Shown here: piece by piece, positions 1 through 13,723 of the stretch
Layout: each line of letters starts with the position of its first letter
Numbering within the stretch: the stretch's first letter is position 1
DNA from: Felis catus
Taxonomy: Eukaryota
Direction of reading: 5' to 3'
Assembly: GCF_018350175.1 (NCBI RefSeq)
Contig: NC_058383.1
Location: forward strand, 13,890,001-13,954,000
DNA: 64,000 nt
Program-made: the position numbers and the translations under genes
The notes under the pieces: model-generated
The model's input: only the letters and a program-made list of their open reading frames with translations
What the model was told of the DNA's origin: nothing
Databases searched by the model: none

Positions 1-100
1 ATCAGCCCAGAGCCCGACGCGGGGCTCGAACTCACGGACCGTGAGATCGTGACCTGAGCTGAAGTCGGACGCTCAACCGACTGAGCCACCCAGGCGCCCC
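1..100 (-). mobile_element. Can-SINE (SINEC_Fc), truncated by the window edge
   Basis: ...gaagtcggacgctcaaccgactgagccacccaggcgcccc is the reverse complement of the Can-SINE head. Confidence 0.9.
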
Positions 101-147
101 TGCCCTTATCTTTAAAAAAAAAAATGTATTGTGTTTGAGTCAAGGTT

Positions 148-367
148 ATTTTCTTTTAACATTTTTTAAAGTTTCTTATTTATTATGTATTTTTGAGAAA
201 GAGGGGTGTGAGCAGGGGAGGGGCAGAGAGAGAGGGAGAATCTCAAGCAGCCTCACTCTCAGCACGGAGCCAAACGTGGGGCTCGAACTCACAAAACCAC
301 GAGATTATGACCTGGGCCAGAAATCAAGAGTCAGACGCTTACCTGACTGAGCCACCCAGGCGCCCCT
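148..367 (-). mobile_element. Can-SINE
   Basis: T-rich tail, (GA)n, tRNA-derived head ending cccaggcgcccc; flanked by tgagtcaag repeats. Confidence 0.9.
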
Positions 368-1244
368 GAGTCAAGTTTATTGAGATATAGTTTACATGTA
401 GTAAATTCACCCTTTTTACCGTATACTGTGCAGTGTCATTTTAATTTGCATGTGTTTTATTGTAAGCATGATGTGTTATTTTTATAATCACAAGAAGGGC
501 GATTCTAAAACCCCAAAATGTAATGAGTAACACTTGTAAATAAGACTGGTGCATTTGCACATTCTTATTTCTTTCAACCTCAGCAAATTTCGTCCTTTGG
601 CAAACTCCGAGCACACAGAGCAATACAAAATGATTTTTTTTTTTAATGTGTTCATGCCAATTTTGGAGAAGCACAGTAAGACAAATTGTCAAGATGGAAA
701 AGCTTAACTGGGAAGATACATTTATTGAATAATTGAAAGGAAGAGGAAATGCATTACCGATTAGCCACAAAAATGCATGACGCCTAATCTGTGCCTCAAG
801 AGACTCATGTAAATGGGGAGTCGTAAAACTGTCTCAGCCCCTGAGTTCTTACAGTTCTTACCAGCCTTCTAACCTGCCACCCTCGCTTCTGGGTTGCAGG
901 AGTAGGGCATCGGCGGACTGATGATCGCTTCCAGGTTTAGCTGAAGTCCGAGTGTTCTAGCAACTCTCTGTAGCTTTCCTACCCCTTCGCACTGTCTCTC
1001 TGTACCAAATATTGTAATGGACTCTTGGATTTTACCATTACCTGCTCTGTTCAGGATTTTTGTTTCGGAGGGGGCAGCAATGCGTAAATCAGAGAAAAAG
1101 CAATTAATGGTGGCAAGAGTTAGGGCTAGAACAAAAGCCCTCTGATTCATTAAACAGCCAGGTGACCTCCATCAAGTGCGTTCCCCAACTTCTCGGGGCT
1201 CATTCGCCGTCTAATCGGAGAGGATCGGATAATAAGATCCTTGC

Positions 1245-1390
1245 TACTCACAGAAAGAGCCAAGGCTCAGTAGTATCACCTGGGAAATAGAAAGGGAGAC
1301 TCTGGAGCCCCATCCCAGAATTCCTGAGTCCAAATTGGCATTTTAAGCAGGTGTGCAGGTCATTTGTATGCACCTTCAAGTGCATGGTTT
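1245..1390. mobile_element. MER5-like hAT-Charlie relic
   Basis: atcacctgggaa...ccccatcccaga...ctgagtcc...cattttaagcagg...tgtatgcac...caagt resembles MER5A/B; diverged. Confidence 0.5.
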
Positions 1391-2375
1391 TCCCAGATTC
1401 TGGTCTCACACCGAAATTCTGGGCTTCTGGGTTCCCGGAGTCATTCATCATAGCCCCATAGGAATTTGCAGGGCTCACTAGGAAGATTTCGGCATTCCTG
1501 TGCACCCCCCTCTGGTTGTCCGGGATGGTGATCCAGTCTGCTCCCCGCCCCCCTAACTCTAGCTGTGTCTAGGTTGGTACTAACCGACAGTGACAAGGGG
1601 GCAACAGAGGAGACACGAAAGCCAACCCCCTTTGTCTTTACAGAGCCTTGGGAAGCAAGCCCAAGGCTGCGCCACGCCCCCTGCCAACTTGGCTGTGTTG
1701 TCCTCATTCTAGAGGCCCATTAAATAAAGAACGAGGAGATAAATATAGTCAAGCTACACAGACGAAGCACTTATCTATGTGTTTCTAATGTGCTTCCTTA
1801 CCGGCATAAGGAAAATCGAAACGATGTTCTCTGGGTGGTGTCCCTTGGAAAAATGACACTTTCTTTTATGTCAGAGAGAAACTTCGTTTGGACACTGATT
1901 TGGGGCGGGGGAACATGAATTTGAATTTAAATTTAATGAGATGGAAAATATTTATGTATTTATCCTTCACCTTCCCAGCCTGGAGAGAACAAAGCACTTC
2001 AAAAGGAGAGAAATGCGTTCCTGCCGTTATAGCAAGCATAATGATCCTAATTAGCCGTTGGAGTGTCAGAGTGGGAAGAACCCTTGCTTATGCATCCAGA
2101 ACTTCTCACTGAGGAAAATCTCTTAGACCGTGTCCTGTTAGGATGTCTGGGGTGGTAGTGCTTCTGCCACGGGACCTAACCAACCAGCTTGCGTTGTAGG
2201 AAGCCGGTGTATTTCAGTGAGCTCGTGTAATTTCTTTCTGTGGAAATGATAGAAAAAACATTGAAAGCAAAGCCCAACCAGAGCCCCTAGGTGTGAATGT
2301 CTGGAGATAAAGGATCTTCTCTCCTTATTTAGGAGTTCGGGCTGAACGGGGCCTGTCCACATCAAGAATCTTGAT

Positions 2376-2600
2376 GGGGTGCCTGGGTGGCTCAGTCGGT
2401 TGGGCGTCCGACTTCAGCTCAGGTCATGATCTCACGGTTCGTGATTTTGAGCCCCGCGTCGGGCTCTGTGCTGACAGCTCAGAGCCTGGAGCCTGCTTCC
2501 GATTCTGTGTCTCCCTCTCTCTCTGCCCCTCCCCTGCTCATGCTCTGTCTCTCTCTGTCTCAGAAATAAATAAAAACACTTAAAAAATTTAAAAAAAAAA
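2376..2600 (+). mobile_element. Can-SINE (SINEC_Fc) with TSD
   Basis: ggggtgcctgggtggctcagtcgg...(CT)n...A tail. TSD aagaatcttgatg at 2364 and 2600. Confidence 0.93.
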
Positions 2601-2887
2601 AGAATCTTGATGTTCTGTCTCAGCCCTCAAGCTGATAAAATTTCAGCTTATCGTTAGCAAAAGTCTTCCCAGAAAGGCTCTGAAGGACAGCACTGGATGG
2701 AAATATGTGTGAGTGGGATGCCAGGAGTCTAGAATTACTTTTCACCGAGGTCTTATTGGATGCTTTATACTTTGGTGGCTGAAACATGCCAAGAGGGGAC
2801 TTTCTTTGCATGCTAGGTCACATTAGCCCCAAAATGTGCCTTGTTTATAAACCCAGTTTGCTTCTGCTTTTGAGCATGTTATAGGCT

Positions 2888-2924
<37 letters not shown>

Positions 2925-3865
2925 AAAAGAACGTTTAAAATAATGGGTCACTTTGATGCAAATTCCAGGGGAGAAAGATGGCAAGTGTGGCAAGTGTACC
3001 TAAGAGGACATCCACAGAAACTGAGAGGACCATTGAGAATACCATGTACTTTCCGCACTCGATCCAGTGAGATTGGAAGGGAAAGCTGGGGGCCCAAAGT
3101 AGTTTATTTTGGAACGCCTGGAGCACATCCTCATTTCAGAGAGTATCGTAATCGGTTCTCTCCCTATTTCTGAGCTGTGTGATAATAAAAGGATGGCTTT
3201 TTTAGCACAAAGTAGTGAGAAGGGTCATTCCCTGCCCCCCCTCCCCGATGTATACAAAAGCATAACTCATCAATAGGGACATTTCTTTCTATTTAATGTC
3301 GTATTTGTCTTTCATTCTTCTGTTAGAGGATTTTATGGAGTTTGGCTTATGCGGTGATCAAATAAACACTCTGTGAGATGTGGCATAGATGTTTGGGGCT
3401 TTGGAGAGGAGCAGATCTTTTAAATTCATAACAGGAATTTTGCCTCCTCGTTCAGCACTGCACGCTTCCGCTGGCCGGGGGCGTGGGGGACCCTTTAAAA
3501 GGTCTGGCTTTGTATAGCTGACTGTAAATTGACTTGAATTCATGTTTGCACCTTGGATCTCAGACGTTGCTAGGATCACTTGGCGAGCACGAGGAGGCCG
3601 CCGTTTGACCACAGTTTAGCACTTGCCAAACAAAAAATTATTTCTGCAAATGTCAAGTGTGTCTCATCAAGTCAGAATGGGAAGGGGGAAGACGCAAGGC
3701 CAAGAAGGAACATCTGTGGGTGGTTCAATAACATTTGCTTCACTTGCTGTTTGAAAACACCGCTCTTTTGTATATTCAAGAACTGTATGGGTTTTAAAAG
3801 GGAGAGATCAACTTGCCGGCTATTGTTTCTTAATTTTACTGCATGAAAGGTTTTGTCAAGACTAA

Positions 3866-4609
<744 letters not shown>

Positions 4610-4648
4610 TGAGCAACCTGCTTTTTTGTTGTTGTTGTTGTTGTTGTT

Positions 4649-4876
4649 TTTGGCCTGACTTTTGCCATCTTCTTTGGGACCGGCAGGCAGGAATGGGGAA
4701 GGGGTTCCCAAGGACAGTGCTTGTGTTCCCCGGGAGGCAGAGACCAGGGGACAAGGAGAGGGTTTGGCCTGACTTTTGCCATCTTCTTTGGGACCGGCAG
4801 GCAGGAGTGGGGAAGGGGTTCCCAAGGACAGTGCTTGTGTTCCCCGGGAGGCAGAGACCAGGGGACAAGGAGAGGG
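4649..4876. repeat. 114-bp direct tandem duplication (2 copies, 1 mismatch)
   Basis: tttggcctgacttttgcc...acaaggagaggg at 4649-4762 and 4763-4876. Only difference is aggaAtggg vs aggaGtggg. Confidence 0.95.
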
Positions 4877-5100
4877 CCCCGCGAGGCTCGGGGCTCTTGG
4901 GAGAGGGCAGGTTGGCCTGGGTTGGGGAGAGAGGACGTTGCGAAGAACTAAAAGAGCTGCAGAGACTCCTGGGGGGGGGGGGGGGCAAAGGCAGGAAGGG
5001 GAGGGAGTGTGCATAAGACACAGTGTAGAGGGGAGCTCCCCACCCTGTCCCGGAGAGAGGCCACGAGGGGAAACCTACCAGCACCCAGCGCTATGAGATT

Positions 5101-5322
5101 TAAAAAAAAATTTTTTTAACATTTATTTATTTTTGTGTGTGTGAGAGAGAGAGCACATGCAGGGGAGGGGCAGAGAGAGAGAGGGAGACACAGGATCCGA
5201 AGCGGGCTCCAGATTCTGAGCTGTCAGCACAGAGCCCGACGTGGGGCTCGAACCCACAAACTATGAGATCGTGACTTGAGCCGAAGTCAGAGCCTTAACC
5301 GACTGAGCCACCCAGGCGCCCC
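5101..5322 (-). mobile_element. Can-SINE
   Basis: Full antisense SINE; degenerate TSD cagcgctatgagatt / cagcgttaggagatt. Confidence 0.9.
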
Positions 5323-5877
5323 CAGCGTTAGGAGATTGTTAGAAGGGAGGGATTTGCCCCCATGAGAGGATGTGCTGCAACTCCAGAGTCAGGAAGATGG
5401 GACCAGGGGACTCCGGTTCCTCGGAGGAACCGCCGAGGAAAGGGAGACAGAAACCCGGGTGTGGGGCCAAGCGTGGCCCACCCTCGCTTGCCCCGGAGGT
5501 TGTAATTCTAACCTAGTAGGGCTTTGCTTTCCTTGTGACGTGACTGACGGGGGTTCTGGGGCGGGCTGTTTTCCTGTCTAGGACAGGGGAAGGAAACTGC
5601 CTTTGCCAGGGTTCATTTCTGTGGCCCTCCAGACCACAGCGGTGATGAGGGGCTCCCTGGTTCACCTTCCTATCTGTGCTTCTTCATCAAGGGGCAGCAG
5701 TCAGACAGGGTGAGCTCAGGCCGTTGTTCTCGCCCATCTTTGTAAAGTGGAGGAAGTGTGGCTAGTGGAGGACGGACAGAAGGCGCAGGGTTTCTAGGGG
5801 CAGAGGTGAGAATCTGGCCACAGAGCGGGAGCCGACGTGAGTTTCCGGCCGCCATCGGGTCACCAAGTGTTCACCGC

Positions 5878-6066
5878 TGAGAGAGAGAGAGAGAGAGGCA
5901 GAGCATAAGCAGGGGAAAGAGAGAAGGAGAGAGAGAATCCCAGCAGGCTCTGTGCCCTCAGTGCAGAGCCCAATGCGGGGCTCGATCCCACAAACCATGA
6001 GCTCATGACCTGAGCCGAAACCAAGAGTCAGACGTTCAACCCACTGAGAGCCACCCAGGCGCCCCT
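5878..6066 (-). mobile_element. Can-SINE (tail-less)
   Basis: (GA)n ... cccaggcgcccc. Confidence 0.85.
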
Positions 6067-6190
6067 GCGGTTATGATTTTAGCAGAGGCTTCTTGTGGGC
6101 GTGAGGGAGGGTCTATAAAGAAGAAGGAACAGGAGAAAGCATTGCACGGCTTTGGGCAGTGAGATAGGATTTTTTTTTTTTTTTTTTTAA

Positions 6191-6610
<420 letters not shown>

Positions 6611-7149
6611 TGACCCGTTGCTGCTTTATTATAGAGACTCTTGTAACCCGCCTCCGGTCCTTCATGGGCTGAGGTTTGGCAGAAATACACGCCGCCCCCT
6701 ACCCACCTAGCACAGCCCAGGAGGCTCGGACACAGCCAAAGGGAAGCCAGCTGGCTGGAAGCCCAGAGGCTTTTCCAAATAAGGCCACGCACTACGTGGT
6801 AAAACACGGGTTACATACGCCCGGTCATCCCATTCGAGGGACGGAAACTTCACCAGGCCCGCGACTGTTCTGTTCCAGTCTCTTTAAGTTCCATCCTGGT
6901 TTATGGGGGTTGTTTTCAAGGAGTGGGGCCTTCTACGTTCTTGGGAGGGGAAGATGCGCTTTTCGCTCCAAGGTATCCCAGAGTTTTAAGTCTTAGCAAA
7001 ATCCAGCCTTAGGTATTGGCCTCTTCTCTCCTCACCTGTATTGACCAGGCTGGTATCCCAAGTTTGGGCCCCTGTAGCCGTGCTGTCCCACTGTGGCAGA
7101 CATTCCCCCTTGAAGACGAGGACATGGGAACACAGCCAGGTTAACAGAG

Positions 7150-7885
<736 letters not shown>

Positions 7886-9512
7886 TAGGGGCCTCCTTTG
7901 GCCTCGTCCGTCTTGGCTGGAGAGAAAGGAGTGCGCCCTGCTCCGGGCAGCGCTGACCCGGGGCTCGAGGCAGGAGCCTCTTTCTAGCAAGTTCCGTCCA
8001 GCACTGTGTGTGCGCGTGGGCGGAGGGGAGGGTATTTTAGATGCCCTCCAAGCAGTCCCAGCCAGTGTCGGTAGTTAACTTCTTCAAGGGCAGTTGTGCC
8101 TTTTTGAGCATCTTGGGGGGGTCGCCACCATGTGTAAAAATGTATCTGTCGGTGCTTCGCACCGAGTAATAATAGCAAACAGATGCTCATAGAATACTGG
8201 GAGTCAGGAGGAGGGTGGAGGAGGGGAGAGAGCCGTCAGAAGATCTGGACTGTATCCGTTACCCCTGCTCTTTCAGGGGGCTCCCCAAGCCTGTTTTGTT
8301 GGGGGCGGGGGTTATATTTTTTGTATTTCATGAGACGGTGCCCAAGTCTGGCATCCTGCTCTGTCGGCAAGTGGCCAAGGAGCGATGCACCCACAGGGGC
8401 AGAAGTCGGCCCCGTGATGAGAGCTGCCATTGCCAAGGACATGATCTTGGTCTTGACCCGGGGCTGGCCCTTGCTGGATGAGCCACCTGGGATTTGTTTT
8501 TCTTTTTTAACTTACAAACTGTAGTGAACAGTCCCATATTAGGGTGCTAAGTATTCTGAGATAGAGCCCTGTCTGCCACAGTGAGTATTAGAGTGTTTTA
8601 CTGACTTAATTTTTCATATTTAAGGAAATTACTTGATTTGAAGGCAGTTAGTGTCGGCATGGCGAGAACAGATTTGAATTCCGTGATTTTTAAGAGGTGC
8701 GCCCTTCACCAAACTTTGCGTCCTCTCCTCCCTCCCCCTCCCATTTTGTTCTACTTAATGTTTTTAAAGATGGAATTTTAAAGTTTATCTTGTAAATTTT
8801 ATTTAGGAGAACATTCGAGATGAGGCCTTGGGACCAAAATGTTTTCCTATAGTAAATCCTGTATGTTTTTTTTTTCTGGATGAATTGTTGTCCTTCTCAA
8901 CAGTTACGTTTTTTAAGGGCTTAATATTTGGGGAAAGAATTTATGGCAGCCTGAGTGGGCTGTTAAATCAAATCTAACTAAGGGTGGGTTGTAGCACCAG
9001 GACGTTGATGTTATTTAGAGGAAGCGGTGGGATACTCTTTTCTGCTCAAAAGAGAAGTTCCAAGACCTCTCCCAGATTCCTTTATATTTGGGTCTAATAC
9101 GTTTCAGCAGGTGGCTGAACATACAGTTCTTCAGCCACAAGGAAGATGGAAATGGAGGGAACTCTCTGGATAAATCAGACCAAATGCTCGCTTCCCTTTG
9201 ATGTATCTGAATAATTGCCCCTTTTCTCCAGTTTCAAGGTCTGGTTTATGCCGGTCTCTAAATGTAGACCGAAATGACTCTCCGGTGTGGCCAGGCCCCG
9301 CCACGCACCGTCTGCGTTTTCACTTTGGTTTCCCCTGTCTTGTCGGAGGGACTCAGGAGTCGAGAACGGTTTCTCACGTTACAACGAGGTCGCGGAGTCT
9401 GTTGACAGCCTAATTAACGGCGGAGAGGCTCGCTCAGGGCTGCCTCCGCCGAAGCCGTGAACAGAAATGTAGACTCTTTAAGTAACTAGCTTTTGCTTTG
9501 ATCCCTTTACAG

Positions 9513-9557
9513 TTTGACAAATACCCTACAAAAGTTGACCCATTCTACCGGCACAGT
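9513..9557 (+). CDS. AUTS2: AUTS2 coding exon 10, 45 nt
   Basis: ccctttacag|TTTGACAAATAC ... CACAGT|gtgagt. Encodes FDKYPTKVDPFYRHS, phase 0/0. Confidence 0.94.
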
Positions 9558-12474
9558 GTGAGTCTTGTTATCATGCTACACATTCAATGTAACTGCTTTT
9601 CCATTTTTGTCCTCTTGCCACAGATCAGTAAATGACTAGCAGCCTTCCTTAATCATCTTTGCGAGAATTCCCATTGCGCCTCGTCACTTTGGATGCTTGC
9701 TTTTGTGACGTTTGCTTCTGGTAAAGATGCAGTATCCTCTTCCGAATCAAAAGATCATTAGCGCGCCTGACACCTTAAAGCACAGGTGAACCTCACTGCG
9801 AGCCAGGCGTCTGTCCTCAAAGTGGGGGGTCTGCACTTGAGTCACTGTGGCCGCAGGAGACCCTGGAATCACAGGATTTCAGGGATTGCCCAAAACAGCC
9901 TCAGCACAGATCTCCCAGAATCCAACGTGAAGTATTTCTTCCGAACAGAATGTCGTTCGTCTTTTTTGACTCCTAAGTCCTCCAAAAGCGGATTCTTATT
10001 TCCTCCTGACTAAATGTAGACCCCTCTCCCACGTGGCTGGTCGTGTTCTCCTGGGCTTGTTACAACCAAAACCAAAAACTATCATTTCAGTCAAAGAGGG
10101 TCCTAAGATTGAAATACATGGTTTTTCCCCTTTAACCTCATTCTTCTTTATGTAACAAAAAAATTTTTTCGTTTATGCCACGTTAAAGAGTACGGTTCTA
10201 GAACTGAAATCGGCACCAGCCTCTTTCGATACATTTCAGTTGAGACGTGAGACGAGGGCTTTACTTATTTATCTTCTAAGACAAACACCTTGTACATCTT
10301 ACCATGATATTTTGATTATGGAGTGAATACTGCATCCTTCTTACCTGAAAGTTTGCAAGTTTCTTTGCTCAGTGGTTTATTCATATTTTTCAAGCGACAC
10401 CAGAAAGAAAGAAGAGGAGTAATTTCTTGTAGCCACGTTGTCCATCCGTCCTCACCTATGCTTGCTTGGAAAGAAGTGCTCCTCAGTAGATCAGCAAAGC
10501 CTGTGAGCTCATTCCTACTCCGAACCAGATAATCAGACCCTGCCTTAGTCCAGAGTGTAGCCAGCCGAGAAGTCAAAACTGCAAGATATTAGAAATCAAT
10601 TAAGCATCAGTTACTCTAGAGACGTGCAGACATGACGTGAGGGAGCCTCCTCAGGAAGAGATGCGGAAAGTGTATCCGAGTGCCGGAGCCCCACGTTGTT
10701 CTGGCACTTTCTGCTCACAGCACTGTGATACAAAAGCATTTTTTGTTTTTTTTTAACGGACGTGCAAAATGCAGTAGACGCCTGGGCTTCCTCTTTAGCG
10801 CTGTCCCGCGAGTGGTGCCGTCCTTAAGGGTCATCAGATTTCTGCCCTTTGTGCTTGTGGATTTCAGCGAAGGACTGGCTAAGGAAGTCATTCCTAGAGA
10901 CAGTTTAGCGTGCTCAGCCAGTGGCTCAGATTTACTTCTGAGTAAATCTGGACCAAGTGTAGAGCCTTCCTACATGCGTGTGCCACCGGCGGTCCTAGAA
11001 GTACGATAGAGAGTAAGCCCGGGGGCCTGAATTTCCGGCAGGTTTATGTTTTATTACTTAGATACTTCAGGTTTTTCATCCGGTGGGGGGTGGGGAGTCC
11101 AGAATAGGGGACCGTATTCTAAGAGGGTCAGTCATGGACTGTAACAGCAGAAGGACAGTAATGAAAATATCTAATTTTTGTATTGAAAACGTTAAAGGCA
11201 ATATACCCACCGAGAGGCGGAGTATTAGAGACTTGAGTGTGTTTTAGTGTGGCATGTACTTAATTACACCGCTTCATACAGTATACTGGGGGAGGGTTAT
11301 TTCATTTTATTAGTTATAGTGGATAATGTATGAAGTACTTAGTCTCCCCTGCTTTGGGGATTAGGACGTTATAAGGGGAATTAAGATGGAATGCGCTCAA
11401 GTATCTAAAACACAATTTTAGACTTAAAAGTAGTTTTAAATGAGGGCACTTGGCTCGCAATCACTGTTTAAGTGGATTTAGTTCAATATCAATTAGTCTG
11501 AAAAACTTTGCTGCATCATTGAAGGGAGCAAAATGAAATAAAGACCCACAGAAAAGCATGTGCCCTGAAAACAGGATTGCAAAATGGGCATTTCAGCCAT
11601 TACCTAGAAATAGCTAACAGAAAGGCATCATTAGCAAAAGCGTGAGTTCTTAGTATCGTGTCTTTGACATTTTATGCAACCCGAAAGGTGGGCCACGACT
11701 TCAATGTCTGTATGGTGGTTTGATCAAAGTAAATGGAATCGGAGCAGTGGGATCTCGGAAATACTCAATTTCTAGAAGGAGGAAACGATGTCTGTGCCTT
11801 GTGTTCAGTATTGCTGCATATTTCTTTCCTCCATCGTGTCCTCTTAATTCCAGAAAATTCATATTCTTAATTCAGAATCATTCTTCTCCCTGCACTGAGT
11901 GGTCGGACACAGCAAGGGCTGGGTGTGGGTAGCCCCCAGTGAGCCTGTCCACCTTCTAGAAAACAGTAGCTCCGTTGTAAGTGCACACTGAATCGTTTCG
12001 TTTTACCCTCCCACAAATATTTGTCATCATTTGAGATGAGACAATTAAATTGTCCTCTGAAACTGCCACTTCTGGAACAACGTAATGAAGCAAGGATTGT
12101 GCATATTTTCTCATTTCCTCAAACTATTAAAAATCTAAAATTACTAATTGAGTTTTAATGGTATAAAATCCTGGAACTCATAAAGAGTTGCTTCTTTTTC
12201 TTCCTTTTTCCCTAATTTTTCTTTTTTTTTTTTTTTTTTTCCTTTTTCTAATTAACTTGTAATTTTCCGGGCATCTTATTTGGCTCAGCACCCCTCCTGT
12301 TTTTGATGCACATTAAAATCTCAAACCATTTAGGTCTTCTATCCGATTTAACAATTAATAATTAGAAAAGCTCCCTTTCTAATGATGTCCTCATCTGGGA
12401 CGTCATTTGTTGGCTGATTGATTCTGAACTACTTTTAACTTTTTAAGTTAAGCATTCATGGCACATCTGTGTGA

Positions 12475-12819
<345 letters not shown>

Positions 12820-13512
12820 TAATCTTCCCAATCCGAAGTGACCGCCAGGATTAGAGCGACGTTTTGGTTTTTTGGGTCTTTGGGGGGTTTTTTTGCGAGC
12901 CCTCTCTCTGAGTTTTAAACCTCAGCCCGAATTGCATTTTCAATCTGTATTATCCATGTAATCTCAGCTGAGCCGCGATTTCCTATAATCTTGAAAATAT
13001 ACAGAATACGTATATATGTTTTATTGCCCGTATTGTGGACGTAAGCTTCTGGTCAGGAAATGTATGAAATGTCAGATATGTGTGCACCAAGTTGTCCCTG
13101 GGTTACATGTTACGAGCAAAGAGGCAAAGCTGAGCCTTGACTGATGGTAAGAGACGGGAAGAGAACAATTCCAAACTAAAATTGCATCCTTCCCGTTGTG
13201 TGAGGGGAAGACGCTTCTGCTCCCTCTTCCCCATTTTGCTCCTGAGCCCTGTCTGTCTGCAAATTCTGGCCCTACTCTGCTTCAGTCCTCCCTCAGCCGT
13301 GGTCATGCTTACCAAGGTCAAGACCAACAGCCTCATGGGAAATTAACCTTTGGCCCTTTAAATAACTAAACTCGTTTCTACCTAGTCAGTGTTATCCTAC
13401 TCATCTGGGGCTAGGCTTCTCTCTGAAGGTCAATAGAGAGGAGTCGTTCTCAGGACACTCTGCCCTTATGCGACTTTATCACAGCCCCTTCTTTATTTTT
13501 ATACAAAAGCGA

Positions 13513-13723
13513 GGGGCGCCTGGGTGGCGCAGTCGGTTAAGCGTCCGACTTCAGCCAGGTCACGATCTCGCGGTCTGTGAGTTCGAGCCCCGCGTCGGGC
13601 TCTGGGCTGATGGCTCAGAGCCTGGAGCCTGTTTCCGATTCTGTGTCTCCCTCTCTCTCTGCCCCTCCCCCGTTCATGCTCTGTCTCTCTCTGTCCCAAA
13701 AATAAAAACGTTGAAAAAAAAAA
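13513..13723 (+). mobile_element. Young Can-SINE (SINEC_Fc1-like) with TSD
   Basis: ggggcgcctgggtggcgcagtcgg...cagccaggtcacg; TSD tacaaaagcga. Confidence 0.93.

Noticed and set aside
2376..2460. tRNA-like A/B-box sequences at SINE heads
   Set aside because: tRNA-derived SINE heads, not functional tRNA genes.
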